Positions 21,225 to 30,877 of a DNA stretch of 64,000 nucleotides are shown in pieces (within the stretch, counting starts at the first letter, position 1; each line of letters begins with the position of its first letter). The translations under genes were made by a program, and so were the position numbers. Origin of the DNA: an uncultured Solibacteraceae bacterium. Its GTDB lineage: Bacteria; Acidobacteriota; Terriglobia; Bryobacterales; Bryobacteraceae. Location of the stretch: NCBI GenBank assembly GCA_964500255.1, contig CAZCPL010000001.1, forward strand, positions 8,567 to 72,566, read 5' to 3'. The notes under the pieces are model-generated. The model was not told the origin of the DNA. It saw only the letters and a program-made list of their open reading frames with translations, and made no database searches.

Positions 21225-21486
21225 ACTACTTGGGACGCAAATTCAGGCCTGTTTCCGCAGGAGGCGGTATCCGATATGGATCGATGACCGGCCTCTGCGA
21301 TTCGGTGGGCAATCTGCGGTTCTGTTACCAGCATGTTTCGGACGAGGGGCGTTGAAAAGCGGCTTCTGCGAGTCGCGGCCAGACTTGCTTGCGGATGGCC
21401 GTGTTCGACTGCATGAGCGCTGGCGCTGGACGGTTGGCGGCTCGGGTGAAGGCGAGTCGATTGTGGAGGAAGTTCGATATCCTTAG
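21221..21486 (+). pseudogene. Frameshifted, internally deleted small beta-rich protein (family often auto-annotated as n-acetylglutamate synthase)
   Basis: MNYLGRKFRPVS/AGGGIRYGSMTGLCDSVGNLRFCYQHVSDEG, frameshift near 21350, then KSGFCESRPDLLADGRVRLHERWRWT..GEGESIVEEV. ATGA overlap with DUF885. Family recognised from memory. Confidence 0.7.
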
Positions 21487-21489
21487 GCC

Positions 21490-23037
21490 ATGTCCCTTTG
21501 GAATCGAATTCGAAACTCTCGCCGTGACCTCTTTCGTACGGGAGGTCTCTTCGCTGCGGCGCACGCCGCTGCGGTGGCGGCACCGCCGCTCGAGCTCGGT
21601 TCCAAACTCTACGAATCCATCGGAGTCCGTCCGGTCATCAATGCCCGTGGAACTTTCACGATCATTACCGGTTCGCAGTCGTTGCCGGAAGTCAAACAGG
21701 CCATGGCCGAGGCTTCGCGCCACTATGTGCAGCTCGACGAGTTGATGGAAGGCGTTGGCAAGCGCATTGCGGAGATTACCCAAGCCGAGTATGCGATTGT
21801 CACCAACGGCTGTTCGGCTGGCTTGTCGCATTTCACCGCTGCCGCAGTGGCTGGCTTCAACCCGGAACGGATGCAGCGTCTGCCCAATCTGACGGGGCTG
21901 CGCGATGAAGTGATCATCCCCGCGTATTCGCGGAATCAGTACGATCACGCGATCCGCATGTTGGGCGTCAAGGTTGTTGAGATCAAAGACATCGCCGCGC
22001 TGGAACCGGCCATCAATCCGCGCACCGCCTTGATTTACGTACTCGCCGGACCCAATGATGACGGGCCTCTCGGCACGGCCGCGATCTGTGCTGTTGCCAA
22101 ACGACACAACGTGCCTGTGCTGGTGGATGCCGCTGCGGAAATCCTCACGATTCCCAATGTTCACTTGGCTCGCGGTGCGACGGTGGTCGGCTATAGCGGA
22201 GGCAAATGCATGCGTGGTCCGCAGGCTGCGGGTCTTCTTCTGGGCGAGAAGACGATCCTCAAAGCAGCCTGGATCAACAGCGCGCCACATCATGCTTTTG
22301 GCCGGTCGATGAAGGTTGGCAAAGAAGAGATCATGGGCATGCTCGCGGCAGTGGAAATGTGGCCCAAGCGCGATCACAAAGCGGAATGGCAGATGTGGGA
22401 AGACCGGCTCAGCCACGTTGCCAAGAGGCTCGCGGGCATCCCAGCGCTCTCGAACTCGATCCGTCAACCGAGTGCCGATCTCTCGAATCGCACGCCTGCG
22501 CTGCACATCGAGTGGGACAAGACCAAACTGGCGATCACAGGACACACACTTGCCAAACTGATGCTCGATACAGAGCCGCGCGTCGTGGTGGCGGATCCAT
22601 CCGCCAATTCCATCAACATCGTGGCCTACATGCTGATGCCAGGCGATGAAAAGATCATCGCTGACAAGCTGCATGCGATTCTATCCGCACCGCATCGTCT
22701 GGCCGCTGAAGCGCCTTTGCAAACGGCCGCCGCCAGTGTCGCGGGGCAATGGGATCTGCATCTCGACTTTGGCAGGGGATCGGCTGTGCATTCGCTGATT
22801 TTCGAGCAAAACGGCAACAAAGTGATTGGGACGCATCGCGGAGAGTTCGCTCAGGGTGGCCTCACCGGCACGATTTCCGGAAACCAACTGAGGTTCCGTT
22901 CAAGCCTGCCCACAATCGGTTCGCGCGTCAGCTTCGAGTTCACAGGCAGGCTGCAGGATGACAAGCTGCAGGGGTCCGTGCACCTTGGTGAGTATGGGCA
23001 AACAACATTCGCGGCTGTCCGTCACAAGCATGTGTAG
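21490..23037 (+). CDS. SelA/DgaE-related PLP-dependent enzyme with Tat signal and C-terminal beta domain
   Basis: SRRDLF twin-Arg motif; [30 protein letters not shown] (PLP Lys), RSMKVGKEE. Confidence 0.85.
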   Translation: MSLWNRIRNSRRDLFRTGGLFAAAHAAAVAAPPLELGSKLYESIGVRPVINARGTFTIITGSQSLPEVKQAMAEASRHYVQLDELMEGVGKRIAEITQAEYAIVTNGCSAGLSHFTAAAVAGFNPERMQRLPNLTGLRDEVIIPAYSRNQYDHAIRMLGVKVVEIKDIAALEPAINPRTALIYVLAGPNDDGPLGTAAICAVAKRHNVPVLVDAAAEILTIPNVHLARGATVVGYSGGKCMRGPQAAGLLLGEKTILKAAWINSAPHHAFGRSMKVGKEEIMGMLAAVEMWPKRDHKAEWQMWEDRLSHVAKRLAGIPALSNSIRQPSADLSNRTPALHIEWDKTKLAITGHTLAKLMLDTEPRVVVADPSANSINIVAYMLMPGDEKIIADKLHAILSAPHRLAAEAPLQTAAASVAGQWDLHLDFGRGSAVHSLIFEQNGNKVIGTHRGEFAQGGLTGTISGNQLRFRSSLPTIGSRVSFEFTGRLQDDKLQGSVHLGEYGQTTFAAVRHKHV

Positions 23038-23111
23038 TGGCCGGCAAAGGCCGGGAGACCTGGTCCGTTTTGCCGCCGAATTCTCAGCGGCGAGTGAGCG
23101 AAAATAGAAGG

Positions 23112-24305
23112 GTGACTTTTCCGCCCGTCGCCGAGCAGCTTGGATTTCTCAAGAAGGGCTTGGCAGAACTCATCCGTGAAGAAGACCTGAGAGAGCGCCT
23201 GGAACAGAGTGCGAAGTCCGGCAAGCCGCTGCGCGTCAAAGCAGGCTTCGATCCAACAGCGCCCGACCTGCATCTTGGGCACACCGTGCTACTACGCAAG
23301 ATGAAGCACTTTCAGGATCTCGGGCACACGGTGATCTTTTTGATTGGCGATATGACCGGACTCATCGGCGATCCGAGCGGACGCAATGTCACGCGTCCGC
23401 CGATGACGCGCGAAGAGATCAACGCCAACGCTGAGACCTACAAGGCGCAGGTGTTTAAGATTCTGGATCGCGAGAAGACCGAGATCCGGTTCAACAGTGA
23501 ATGGCTAGAGCCGCTCAAATACGAAGAGATCGTGCGCCTCATGCAGCGTTACACCGTCGCGCGGATCCTTGAACGCGATGACTTCACCAAGCGCATGCGC
23601 GAAAACGTCCCGGTGGCGATGCATGAGCTGTTGTATCCGCTGGCGCAGGGCTATGATTCCGTGATGCTGCAGTGCGACGTCGAGATGGGCGGGACGGATC
23701 AGAAGTTTAACCTGCTTGTCGGCCGCGAACTTCAGAAAGACTACGGGCAGTTGCCGCAGATTGTGGCAACGGTGCCGATTCTCGAAGGGCTCGATGGCGT
23801 CGAGAAGATGTCGAAGTCGAAGCACAACTATGTCGGTATCAATGAGCCACCGGCGGATATGTTCCGCAAGTTGATGAACATGCCCGACGCGTTGATGCGC
23901 CGTTACTACGAATTGCTCACCGATCTGACGCTGCCGCGAATCGATGCACTGCTTACTGGCGCGGATATGCAGGTCGCGAAGAAGGATCTCGCAGTGCGCA
24001 TCATTGCGGATTTCCATCCGCGTGACGCTGCGTTGAAGGTTGCGGAATCGTGGGGAGGGCTGCCGGATCCGGCAATGCTCGAAGGGTTTCAGTCGGTCGA
24101 TTTGCGCATCAATCGCATCGTGGCGATCGGCAAACTTGCGCCTTCGGTAACGGAAGCGGACAAGCTGATCAAGAGCGGTTCGGTGGAAGTCTTCCAACTA
24201 CCGGACAACTTGCCGGTGGCGATTTCAGGCCCTGCGCACAAAATTGAGCCTGGGCATCACTACTTGCTGCGAGTCGGCAGGAAGTGGAAGAAGTTCCACG
24301 CTTAG
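23112..24305 (+). CDS. tyrS: Tyrosine--tRNA ligase
   Basis: [26 protein letters not shown] and an S4-like C-terminus; GTG start inferred. Confidence 0.95.
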   Translation: MTFPPVAEQLGFLKKGLAELIREEDLRERLEQSAKSGKPLRVKAGFDPTAPDLHLGHTVLLRKMKHFQDLGHTVIFLIGDMTGLIGDPSGRNVTRPPMTREEINANAETYKAQVFKILDREKTEIRFNSEWLEPLKYEEIVRLMQRYTVARILERDDFTKRMRENVPVAMHELLYPLAQGYDSVMLQCDVEMGGTDQKFNLLVGRELQKDYGQLPQIVATVPILEGLDGVEKMSKSKHNYVGINEPPADMFRKLMNMPDALMRRYYELLTDLTLPRIDALLTGADMQVAKKDLAVRIIADFHPRDAALKVAESWGGLPDPAMLEGFQSVDLRINRIVAIGKLAPSVTEADKLIKSGSVEVFQLPDNLPVAISGPAHKIEPGHHYLLRVGRKWKKFHA

Positions 24306-24311
24306 AAGCTT

Positions 24312-25538
24312 ATGATGCGTGCCGCGGATACGCTGAGCCAAAGCTTCGCAGCGCTGCGCGCGCACAAAATGCGTGTGGCGCTGACGGTTGTTGGATTGAC
24401 GATGGGCGTCGCCACTGTGATCACGGTGATGACACTGGTGCAGGGGGCGAACAACTATGTCGAACAGAAGATCGCCAACCTGGGATCGAATGTATTTCAG
24501 GTGGCGCGCACGCCGTTCGCGGCCACCGATTTCGAGTTGGCGCTGAAGGCTCTGAAGTTCAAGCACATCGAACCGGACGATCTTGCGGCGGTCACAGAGA
24601 AATGCACCGATTGCACGGCGGTGGGCGCAACGGCCACGTTTTCGGCTCGCGCGCAGTTCGAAGGCCGCGAGCTTTCGGATGTGAATGTCATTGGCGAATC
24701 CGCCAACATGGGCAACATCGATACCCGGACCATTGAGCAGGGCCGGTTCCTCAATGAAATCGAAGACAAGCACGCGGCTCATGTGTGTCTCCTCGGTGCC
24801 AAGGTTGCTGAGGAACTTTTTCCAGCCCGTAGCTCGATCGGTGGCGTAATCCGCTTGGCGCAGCGCGAGTTTACGGTCATCGGTGTCTACGAGAAAATCG
24901 GGTCGGTGCTGGGGCAAGAGCAAGACAACTACGCGGTGATCCCACTGTCCGTGTTTTTGAAGATCCGCGGGACGCATTCGAGCCTGACATTGAACGTTCT
25001 GGTCGAAGACCAACTCAAGTTCGAGCAGGCGCAGGATCAGGTGAAACTGCTCATGCGCACGCGGCGGCATCTTTCCGGCAATCAACCCGACGACTTCTTC
25101 ATCGGAACCAAAGATAGTTACATCGAACTTTGGAAGAGCATCAGTACTGCGTTTTTCGCGGTATTCATTATGGTTTCGGTGATTTCGGCGGTGGTCGGAG
25201 GAATCGTGATTATGAATGTGATGCTGGTGAGCGTGACGGAGCGCACGAAGGAAATCGGCGTGCGGCGCGCCGTGGGAGCCAGCCAGCGCGACATCCGGAG
25301 GCAATTCTTAAGCGAGAGCGTGATGCAATGCATCGTGGGCGGAGTGATCGGCGTGGGCGCGGGGTTTCTGTTCGCGGTGGCACTGCGTACGTTCACTTCG
25401 TTTCCCGCTGCCGTGCAGACTTGGGTGGCCGTGCTGGGGGTGGCGTTGAGTTGTGGCATCGGCCTGTTTTTCGGTATCTATCCGGCGGTTCGCGCGGCGA
25501 GACTCGACCCGGTGGAAGCCTTGCGCAAGGGCGGCTGA
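24312..25538 (+). CDS. ABC transporter permease, MacB/FtsX family
   Basis: VGGIVIMNVMLVSVTERTKEIGVRRAVGA; YPAVRAARLDPVEALR. Confidence 0.93.
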   Translation: MMRAADTLSQSFAALRAHKMRVALTVVGLTMGVATVITVMTLVQGANNYVEQKIANLGSNVFQVARTPFAATDFELALKALKFKHIEPDDLAAVTEKCTDCTAVGATATFSARAQFEGRELSDVNVIGESANMGNIDTRTIEQGRFLNEIEDKHAAHVCLLGAKVAEELFPARSSIGGVIRLAQREFTVIGVYEKIGSVLGQEQDNYAVIPLSVFLKIRGTHSSLTLNVLVEDQLKFEQAQDQVKLLMRTRRHLSGNQPDDFFIGTKDSYIELWKSISTAFFAVFIMVSVISAVVGGIVIMNVMLVSVTERTKEIGVRRAVGASQRDIRRQFLSESVMQCIVGGVIGVGAGFLFAVALRTFTSFPAAVQTWVAVLGVALSCGIGLFFGIYPAVRAARLDPVEALRKGG

Positions 25539-25552
25539 AGTATCATTTACAG

Positions 25553-26956
25553 ATGCGTCTCGTTGGCATTACGCTCTGTGTTTGTTACTGCGCACTTGGG
25601 GATCGCGCGCCAAAATCACTCCATCCAACCGTTCAGAAAGTCGTCGCCGATATCTCCGAAGAGCGGATTGCGGCCACGATGAAGAAGCTCGAATCCTTCG
25701 GCACGCGCAACACCAATGCGCTGCCAACGGCGGATCCGAAGAAGGGCATCCAGTCCGCGCGCCAGTGGATCCTCGATGAATTGAAGAGATACAGTCCGAG
25801 GCTGAAGGTGCGCTTCGATACGTATCGGCTGAAGAAGACTGGGCGGCTGGTACAGGATACCGATCTTGTGAACGTCGTAGCTGAGTTGCCGGGCGCGGTA
25901 TCGCCAGATGTGCAGGTCGGTGTTTCGGGACACTACGATTCGATGGCGTTCGTGCGATTGCCGGGGGTTCCTATTGGCGAGGATGCACCGCCTCCGTCGC
26001 CCGAGAACACGGCCAAAGTGAATGAGGCATCCGCCAAGGCGGACGAAGCGCCGGGAGTATCCGACGATGCCAGCGGCGTCGCCGCGGTGATGGAACTGGC
26101 GCGTGTGATGAGCCAACATACGTTCGACAAGACCGTGGTGTTCATCGCTTTTGCCGGTGAGGAACAGGGGCTCTTTGGATCGAGCCTGCATGCGGCCAAG
26201 GCCAAGCGCGAGAAGGTCAAGCTCGAGGCTCTGCTCAACAACGACATCGTCGGTAACGACGTCAGCGGCAACGGAATGACCGCGAGTCATGCGGTGCGTG
26301 TTTTCTCTGGCGATCCGATGGATTCGGGTTCACGCGCGGTCGCGCGTTACGTCAAAGACGCTGCGGAACGATACGTTCCGTCGATGCGCGTGGATCTGGT
26401 GTTCCGGCAAGATCGCTTTGGCCGGGGTGGCGATCACACGCCATTCCACCTGAATGGATTCGCGGCAGTGCGCTTCACCACGCCTTCTGAAAACTTAGGG
26501 ATTCAACATACGGATAAGGACAACTTTACCAATGCATCCGCGCCTTATGCCACGCGCGTGGCGCGAGTGAATGGCGCGGCGCTGGCGAGTCTGGCATTGG
26601 CACCGAAGCCGCCGGATGTGACGCGCGGCGCACCGCGAGAAGGCGGCGGAGGCACATCGGTGAGCAGTGCCAACCTGGGACGTGGCAGTTCGCGATATGA
26701 CGCAGTGATGATGTGGAAGAGCGACGATGCGGACGTGGCTGGCTATGCGGTGATGATTCGGTCGACGCTGGTGCCGATGTGGGAACGGGAGATCCATGTG
26801 GGCAACGTCAAAGAGTTCACGCTCGAGAACTTTTCGATTGACGATGTCGTGATCGGCATCAAAGCGGTCGACAAAGATGGCGTGGAAAGCCTGGTAGCGG
26901 CGTATCCGGATCCAGTGCGGCGGTTTCGCGAGCCGGAGTTGGTGAAGGCGCCCTAG
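25553..26956 (+). CDS. M28 family metallopeptidase
   Basis: GHYDS, DDASG, GEEQGL, NNDIVG, GGDH, QH motifs; ATG 25553 with signal peptide. Confidence 0.88.
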   Translation: MRLVGITLCVCYCALGDRAPKSLHPTVQKVVADISEERIAATMKKLESFGTRNTNALPTADPKKGIQSARQWILDELKRYSPRLKVRFDTYRLKKTGRLVQDTDLVNVVAELPGAVSPDVQVGVSGHYDSMAFVRLPGVPIGEDAPPPSPENTAKVNEASAKADEAPGVSDDASGVAAVMELARVMSQHTFDKTVVFIAFAGEEQGLFGSSLHAAKAKREKVKLEALLNNDIVGNDVSGNGMTASHAVRVFSGDPMDSGSRAVARYVKDAAERYVPSMRVDLVFRQDRFGRGGDHTPFHLNGFAAVRFTTPSENLGIQHTDKDNFTNASAPYATRVARVNGAALASLALAPKPPDVTRGAPREGGGGTSVSSANLGRGSSRYDAVMMWKSDDADVAGYAVMIRSTLVPMWEREIHVGNVKEFTLENFSIDDVVIGIKAVDKDGVESLVAAYPDPVRRFREPELVKAP

Positions 26957-27630
26957 GGCGTCTTTTTCTTCTTACGCGAAAACTTCCTGATCAGTTGCGG
27001 ACCATACTCGCGTCCGATGTTCGACATCCAACTGATCGCCACTTGCTCGCCGACACCACGAGTCAAAGAGCGCCTGAGATCGCTACGCGGAATCCAGGCC
27101 GAGGCGATGCCCTCGGAAACAACTTGCCCCGCGAAACGCGACACATGCAGCACGGGTTTGCCTTCGCGATTGTAAGTCATGAACACGTATTGAAATGTGT
27201 GCGCAAATCGTGCGAAGCCCTTTTGTCCATCGCGGCTGGCGACATAGCGGGGCTCATGGCCGAGCACAGCGGCCCCGGCCATTTCCACAGAGCTGAGCAT
27301 GGTGAATCGTGCGGCGCGAGATCCCGCTCGGCGGGCGTAGCCGGCGGCTCCGGGACCCCATTCAGACGGCCTGTTTGAACGGTGTTCCGGGATCGTGAAC
27401 AGGAAGGCGCGCAGATAGACGGGTGGCGTTGTAAAGTTCGTTTTGGCCCAGAACCTGGCGCGTTCTCCCCCGGTCAGGGGCCGGTAAGGCTGATTGGTAG
27501 GCACGATACCGCCGAGGCCATAGTTGACACTGGTGGCCTCCTGGGTCGGGGGCGTCGTCTGGGCCGCTTTGGGATTGCCGTCCTGCGAATCCACAAGCAG
27601 CAGGCAAAAGGTTAGTGGTGCGAGGATCAA
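26953..27630 (-). CDS. Hypothetical exported or membrane protein
   Basis: Signal-like N-terminus; PSEWGPGAAGYARR..HEPRY pattern resembling conserved acidobacterial hypotheticals. Confidence 0.7.
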   Translation of the reverse strand: MILAPLTFCLLLVDSQDGNPKAAQTTPPTQEATSVNYGLGGIVPTNQPYRPLTGGERARFWAKTNFTTPPVYLRAFLFTIPEHRSNRPSEWGPGAAGYARRAGSRAARFTMLSSVEMAGAAVLGHEPRYVASRDGQKGFARFAHTFQYVFMTYNREGKPVLHVSRFAGQVVSEGIASAWIPRSDLRRSLTRGVGEQVAISWMSNIGREYGPQLIRKFSRKKKKTP

Positions 27631-27720
27631 ACCCGATGGTATCTAAAATTCATCGGCGAGCGGGGAACCGGCACCGAGGCGGGGATCGAAGACACCCTCA
27701 AAATTGTAGCGAAAGAACTC

Positions 27721-27751
27721 TGGACACCGGCGCGATATTAATGTACATTAA
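27721..27751 (+). promoter_or_regulatory. Sigma70-like promoter overlapped by a perfect 14-bp palindrome
   Basis: TGGACA(27721)-17 bp-TACATT(27744); TTAATGTACATTAA at 27738-27751. Confidence 0.55.
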
Positions 27752-27770
27752 GAATTGAGAACACAAGACT

Positions 27771-28004
27771 ATGTCGCTCTTGCTCGAACTGAACGTTCCC
27801 ACAGACCAGATAGAAGAGGCGCTCGACACACTCGCAGCACTTTCTTTCGATATCAACCCTAACATCCGGCAGGCGTCGGGAAAGCGGACGAACATCGAGT
27901 TCCCGATTAGTGGAATCGATCGTTTGGCACAGGTGGAAAACGCGCTTCTGGGTCGTGGCCTGCTTCAGGCGCGGGTGCAGTTGCTGGAAGAAGCGCTCGC
28001 CTAA
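27771..28004 (+). CDS. Hypothetical 77-aa protein
   Basis: Clean ORF after the promoter; alternating beta/alpha pattern suggests a ferredoxin-like fold. Confidence 0.7.
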   Translation: MSLLLELNVPTDQIEEALDTLAALSFDINPNIRQASGKRTNIEFPISGIDRLAQVENALLGRGLLQARVQLLEEALA

Positions 28005-28792
28005 AGTTTCACCGCTGCGATCTCGAAGTTGCTGCTCAACAGCTTCAGCAGAGGAGTGCGGATCAATAACTCATCCAAAACTCGGGCTGTCCGATACGAT
28101 TTTCGCCATGTTGGAAGCAGTCCCGCGAGTGGAGTCGAAACAAAGTCGTAGTAACTCGTCCGCGTGTCGAAGTTGGGCGCAGCGAAGAATTTTTTCGTCG
28201 CCGAGGGCTCGAGTTGACGTTCGTCCTCCGTTTGGTACTGCGCCATGATTGCAGGAAAAATCAGTCCTCCCACAAAGCCGCTGAGCCGGTATCGCGAGGG
28301 ATCGAGTGAGTAGAACGATCCTTTGTCACGCAATAGTGTCGCGACGCGCGCGGCGCAGGATCTGAGCATCTCGTCATTCAAATGATGCAGAAAGAATATG
28401 GCGATGACGGCATCGAACTTGCGGTCATCGAATTCGTCGAGCGTGCATTCGACCGCTCGAAAGTTGTCGATGCCAGCACAAGCCGCATCGGCGTTGGCCT
28501 GTTGCACAGCCGCCGGCGATAGATCGATCCCCACGATTTCGCGGACGTACGGCGCGAGCAGGATCTCGGTATCGCCGATTCCACAGCCAATACTCAGTAC
28601 TCTGGACGCCGAGGCGATGCCTGTTTTCTCGATGATTCGCCGCACCATATGCTCACGAAGGGCGCGCACGGCGGGTTTGGCAAAGTGTTGCTGAGCGAAG
28701 CCAGAGTAGAGTTTCTCGTGGTATTCGCGCTCGCGATCCAAAACTTCGGCGGAAGTGTCCAATCTATGATCATAAACGTCTTGCAGGTGCAT
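28001..28792 (-). CDS. Class I SAM-dependent methyltransferase
   Basis: VLSIGCGIG, GIDLS, FDAVIAIFFLHH. The true start may be slightly downstream of 28792. Confidence 0.85.
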   Translation of the reverse strand: MHLQDVYDHRLDTSAEVLDREREYHEKLYSGFAQQHFAKPAVRALREHMVRRIIEKTGIASASRVLSIGCGIGDTEILLAPYVREIVGIDLSPAAVQQANADAACAGIDNFRAVECTLDEFDDRKFDAVIAIFFLHHLNDEMLRSCAARVATLLRDKGSFYSLDPSRYRLSGFVGGLIFPAIMAQYQTEDERQLEPSATKKFFAAPNFDTRTSYYDFVSTPLAGLLPTWRKSYRTARVLDELLIRTPLLKLLSSNFEIAAVKL

Positions 28793-28806
28793 CTGTATCA
28801 CCAGAC

Positions 28807-29997
28807 ATGCGAATCCTGCTTTTTTCCGGCAAGGGCGGCGTTGGAAAGACGAGCCTAGCCGCGGCCACGGGCATCCAATTGGCCCACCGAGGCTATCGTA
28901 CACTGGTGATGAGTGTGGATCCGGCGCACTCGTTGGGTGATGCCTTTGACATCGGTTCCGACCTTTTCACGCGGCGAACGGCCGATCCTCTGAAGCTTCG
29001 CGACAAGCTCGACATCCAGGAAATCAACATCCAGAAAGAGATCAAGAGCCACTGGAAAGAGATCTCGACGTACATTGTGTCCGTGCTGCGAACGAGCGGC
29101 ATTTCGGGCGTTGAGGCCGATGAGTTGGCGATTCTTCCGGGCATGGAAGAGCTTTCGGCGATGATGTACGTGAACAAGTACGTGCGAGCCAAAAGCTACG
29201 ACGTGATCGTGCTCGATTGCGCTCCGACTGCGGAATCGTTACGGTTTGTGAGCATGCCGACGACGCTCAACTGGTATATGAAGCATGTGTTTCCGATGCA
29301 GCGCTCGGTGATGAAGGCGGTGCGTCCGATCGCGAATCGCCTTTCGCCGGTGGAACTGCCTTCGGACAGCTATTTCGGCAACGTACTCGACCTGTTCCAG
29401 CGGATTGAGGGCATCGATGAATTGCTCGAGAATCCCAAGCAGACCAGCGTTCGTCTGGTGACGAATCCTGAAAAGATGGTGTTGCGCGAGACGCAGCGCG
29501 CCTTCGTATACTTCTCGCTGCATGGATTGACCGTGGATCGGATCTTTGTGAACCGCGTACTGCCGCATGACATTCAAGATCCGTTCTTCGCGGCTTGGCG
29601 CAAATCTCAGGCGTCGACATTGGAAGAGATTGAGGGCTACTTCGATCCAGTAAAGGTGTCTCGCGTGCCGTTGTTCCAACACGAGGTGCTGGGTATGGAA
29701 CGGTTGGAAACTCTGGCGGGGATCCTGTATCCGGATGGCGAGGATCCGGCGGCAGTGGGTCGCGATGAGCGCCCCTACACGTTCGAGAAAGTGGGATCGC
29801 AGAGCCGTGTAGTTTTGAAGATGCCGTTCGCGCTGAAGGGCGAAGTGGGCTTGTTCAAAAAGGGCGATGAGTTGGTGGTGCAGATTGGCACGCTGCGGCG
29901 GCATATCGGGCTTCCGACATCGATGGCGGGGCTCGCTCCGTCAAAGGCGACGCTCGAAGGCAACGTCCTTACGATCGACATGAACGAGGTAGCATAA
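28807..29997 (+). CDS. ArsA/Get3 family ATPase with C-terminal HSP20/alpha-crystallin-like domain
   Basis: GKGGVGKTS, DPAHSL, PGMEEL, DCAPT; C-terminal KKGDELVVQIGTLRRHIGLP..ATLEGNVLTI. Single ATPase domain. Confidence 0.9.
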   Translation: MRILLFSGKGGVGKTSLAAATGIQLAHRGYRTLVMSVDPAHSLGDAFDIGSDLFTRRTADPLKLRDKLDIQEINIQKEIKSHWKEISTYIVSVLRTSGISGVEADELAILPGMEELSAMMYVNKYVRAKSYDVIVLDCAPTAESLRFVSMPTTLNWYMKHVFPMQRSVMKAVRPIANRLSPVELPSDSYFGNVLDLFQRIEGIDELLENPKQTSVRLVTNPEKMVLRETQRAFVYFSLHGLTVDRIFVNRVLPHDIQDPFFAAWRKSQASTLEEIEGYFDPVKVSRVPLFQHEVLGMERLETLAGILYPDGEDPAAVGRDERPYTFEKVGSQSRVVLKMPFALKGEVGLFKKGDELVVQIGTLRRHIGLPTSMAGLAPSKATLEGNVLTIDMNEVA

Positions 29998-30001
29998 GGG
30001 T

Positions 30002-30226
30002 ATGGAAGAACAACAGAAGCAGCAACAACAGTGCTGGTGCGAGGGGTTGGGCGAAGAGTTCTCGCGCATGGCCAGTCGTTTGGGACCTTCCGACGAAGTG
30101 CAAGGCCACTTTCGCACTGCGCGTATCGAATTCTTGAAAGGCCTGCGGGCGATGATTGACGAGAGGATCGCCAAGGCTTCGCGCGCACATCAGGCTACCA
30201 AAGGTTCGGCGATCAGCATCGACTAG
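30002..30226 (+). CDS. Small helical protein (74 aa) co-transcribed with the ArsA/Get3 ATPase
   Basis: 4 bp after the ATPase stop; HFRTARIEFLKGLRAMID amphipathic helix; ends AISID. Confidence 0.8.
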   Translation: MEEQQKQQQQCWCEGLGEEFSRMASRLGPSDEVQGHFRTARIEFLKGLRAMIDERIAKASRAHQATKGSAISID

Positions 30227-30249
30227 CCATTGTGCTCTAATGGTCGATT

Positions 30250-30843
30250 GTGACCGAACCCGGCGATCGTCCAACTAGCCTCAAAGAAGTTACGCGTCTG
30301 CTTGCGCAATGGCGTGGCGGGGACGAGGCCGCGCTTGGCACCCTGATCCCACTGGTGAAGGCGGAACTGCGGCGCCTCGCTCGCAGCTACATGCGCAGCG
30401 AATGTGAGGGGCCTACGCTGCAGCCGACGGCTCTGGTCAACGAAGCTTGGCTTCGCTTAGTGCAGCAACCCGGTCTGCAGCCTGAATTTCAAGGCCGTTC
30501 GCACTTTGTCGCGATTGCTGCGCGTCACATGCGCCAGATACTGGTGGAACATGCGAGGCGGCGTAACGCCAACAAACGCGGAGGTCCGGATAAAGCACTG
30601 CTTCCTCTGGACGAGGCTCTTGTAGGGAGTGGCACTTCCGACAGCAGCCTGCTGCGTTTGGACGACGGGCTGCGCGACCTCGCGGAACTGGATACGAGGC
30701 AAGCTCGCATCGTGGAGCTCCACTACTTTGGCGGACTCACCTTGGAAGAGATCGCGGAGTTTCTCGAGATCGGTCGCAGCACCGTTGTCAGAGATCTGCG
30801 AACGGCCCAGGCTTGGCTGAAGAGCTATGTGGTGCGGTCATGA
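30250..30843 (+). CDS. ECF sigma factor, TIGR02999 type
   Basis: VTRLLAQW, TLQPTALVNEAWLRL, MRQILVEHAR, VELHYFGGLT. Confidence 0.92.
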   Translation: MTEPGDRPTSLKEVTRLLAQWRGGDEAALGTLIPLVKAELRRLARSYMRSECEGPTLQPTALVNEAWLRLVQQPGLQPEFQGRSHFVAIAARHMRQILVEHARRRNANKRGGPDKALLPLDEALVGSGTSDSSLLRLDDGLRDLAELDTRQARIVELHYFGGLTLEEIAEFLEIGRSTVVRDLRTAQAWLKSYVVRS

Positions 30844-30877
30844 TACTTTTTCACCTGGTTTCTGCGCCTCAGTCAGT

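Noticed and set aside
21490-23037. Calling this gene selA and linking it to the selenoprotein at 1-1006
   Set aside because: The Tat signal, DgaE-like motifs and absence of adjacent selB/selC indicate a SelA-related paralog, not Sec synthase.
28807-29997. Arsenite-efflux ATPase arsA
   Set aside because: Single ATPase domain, no metalloid-binding Cys set, HSP20-like tail and no ars operon.
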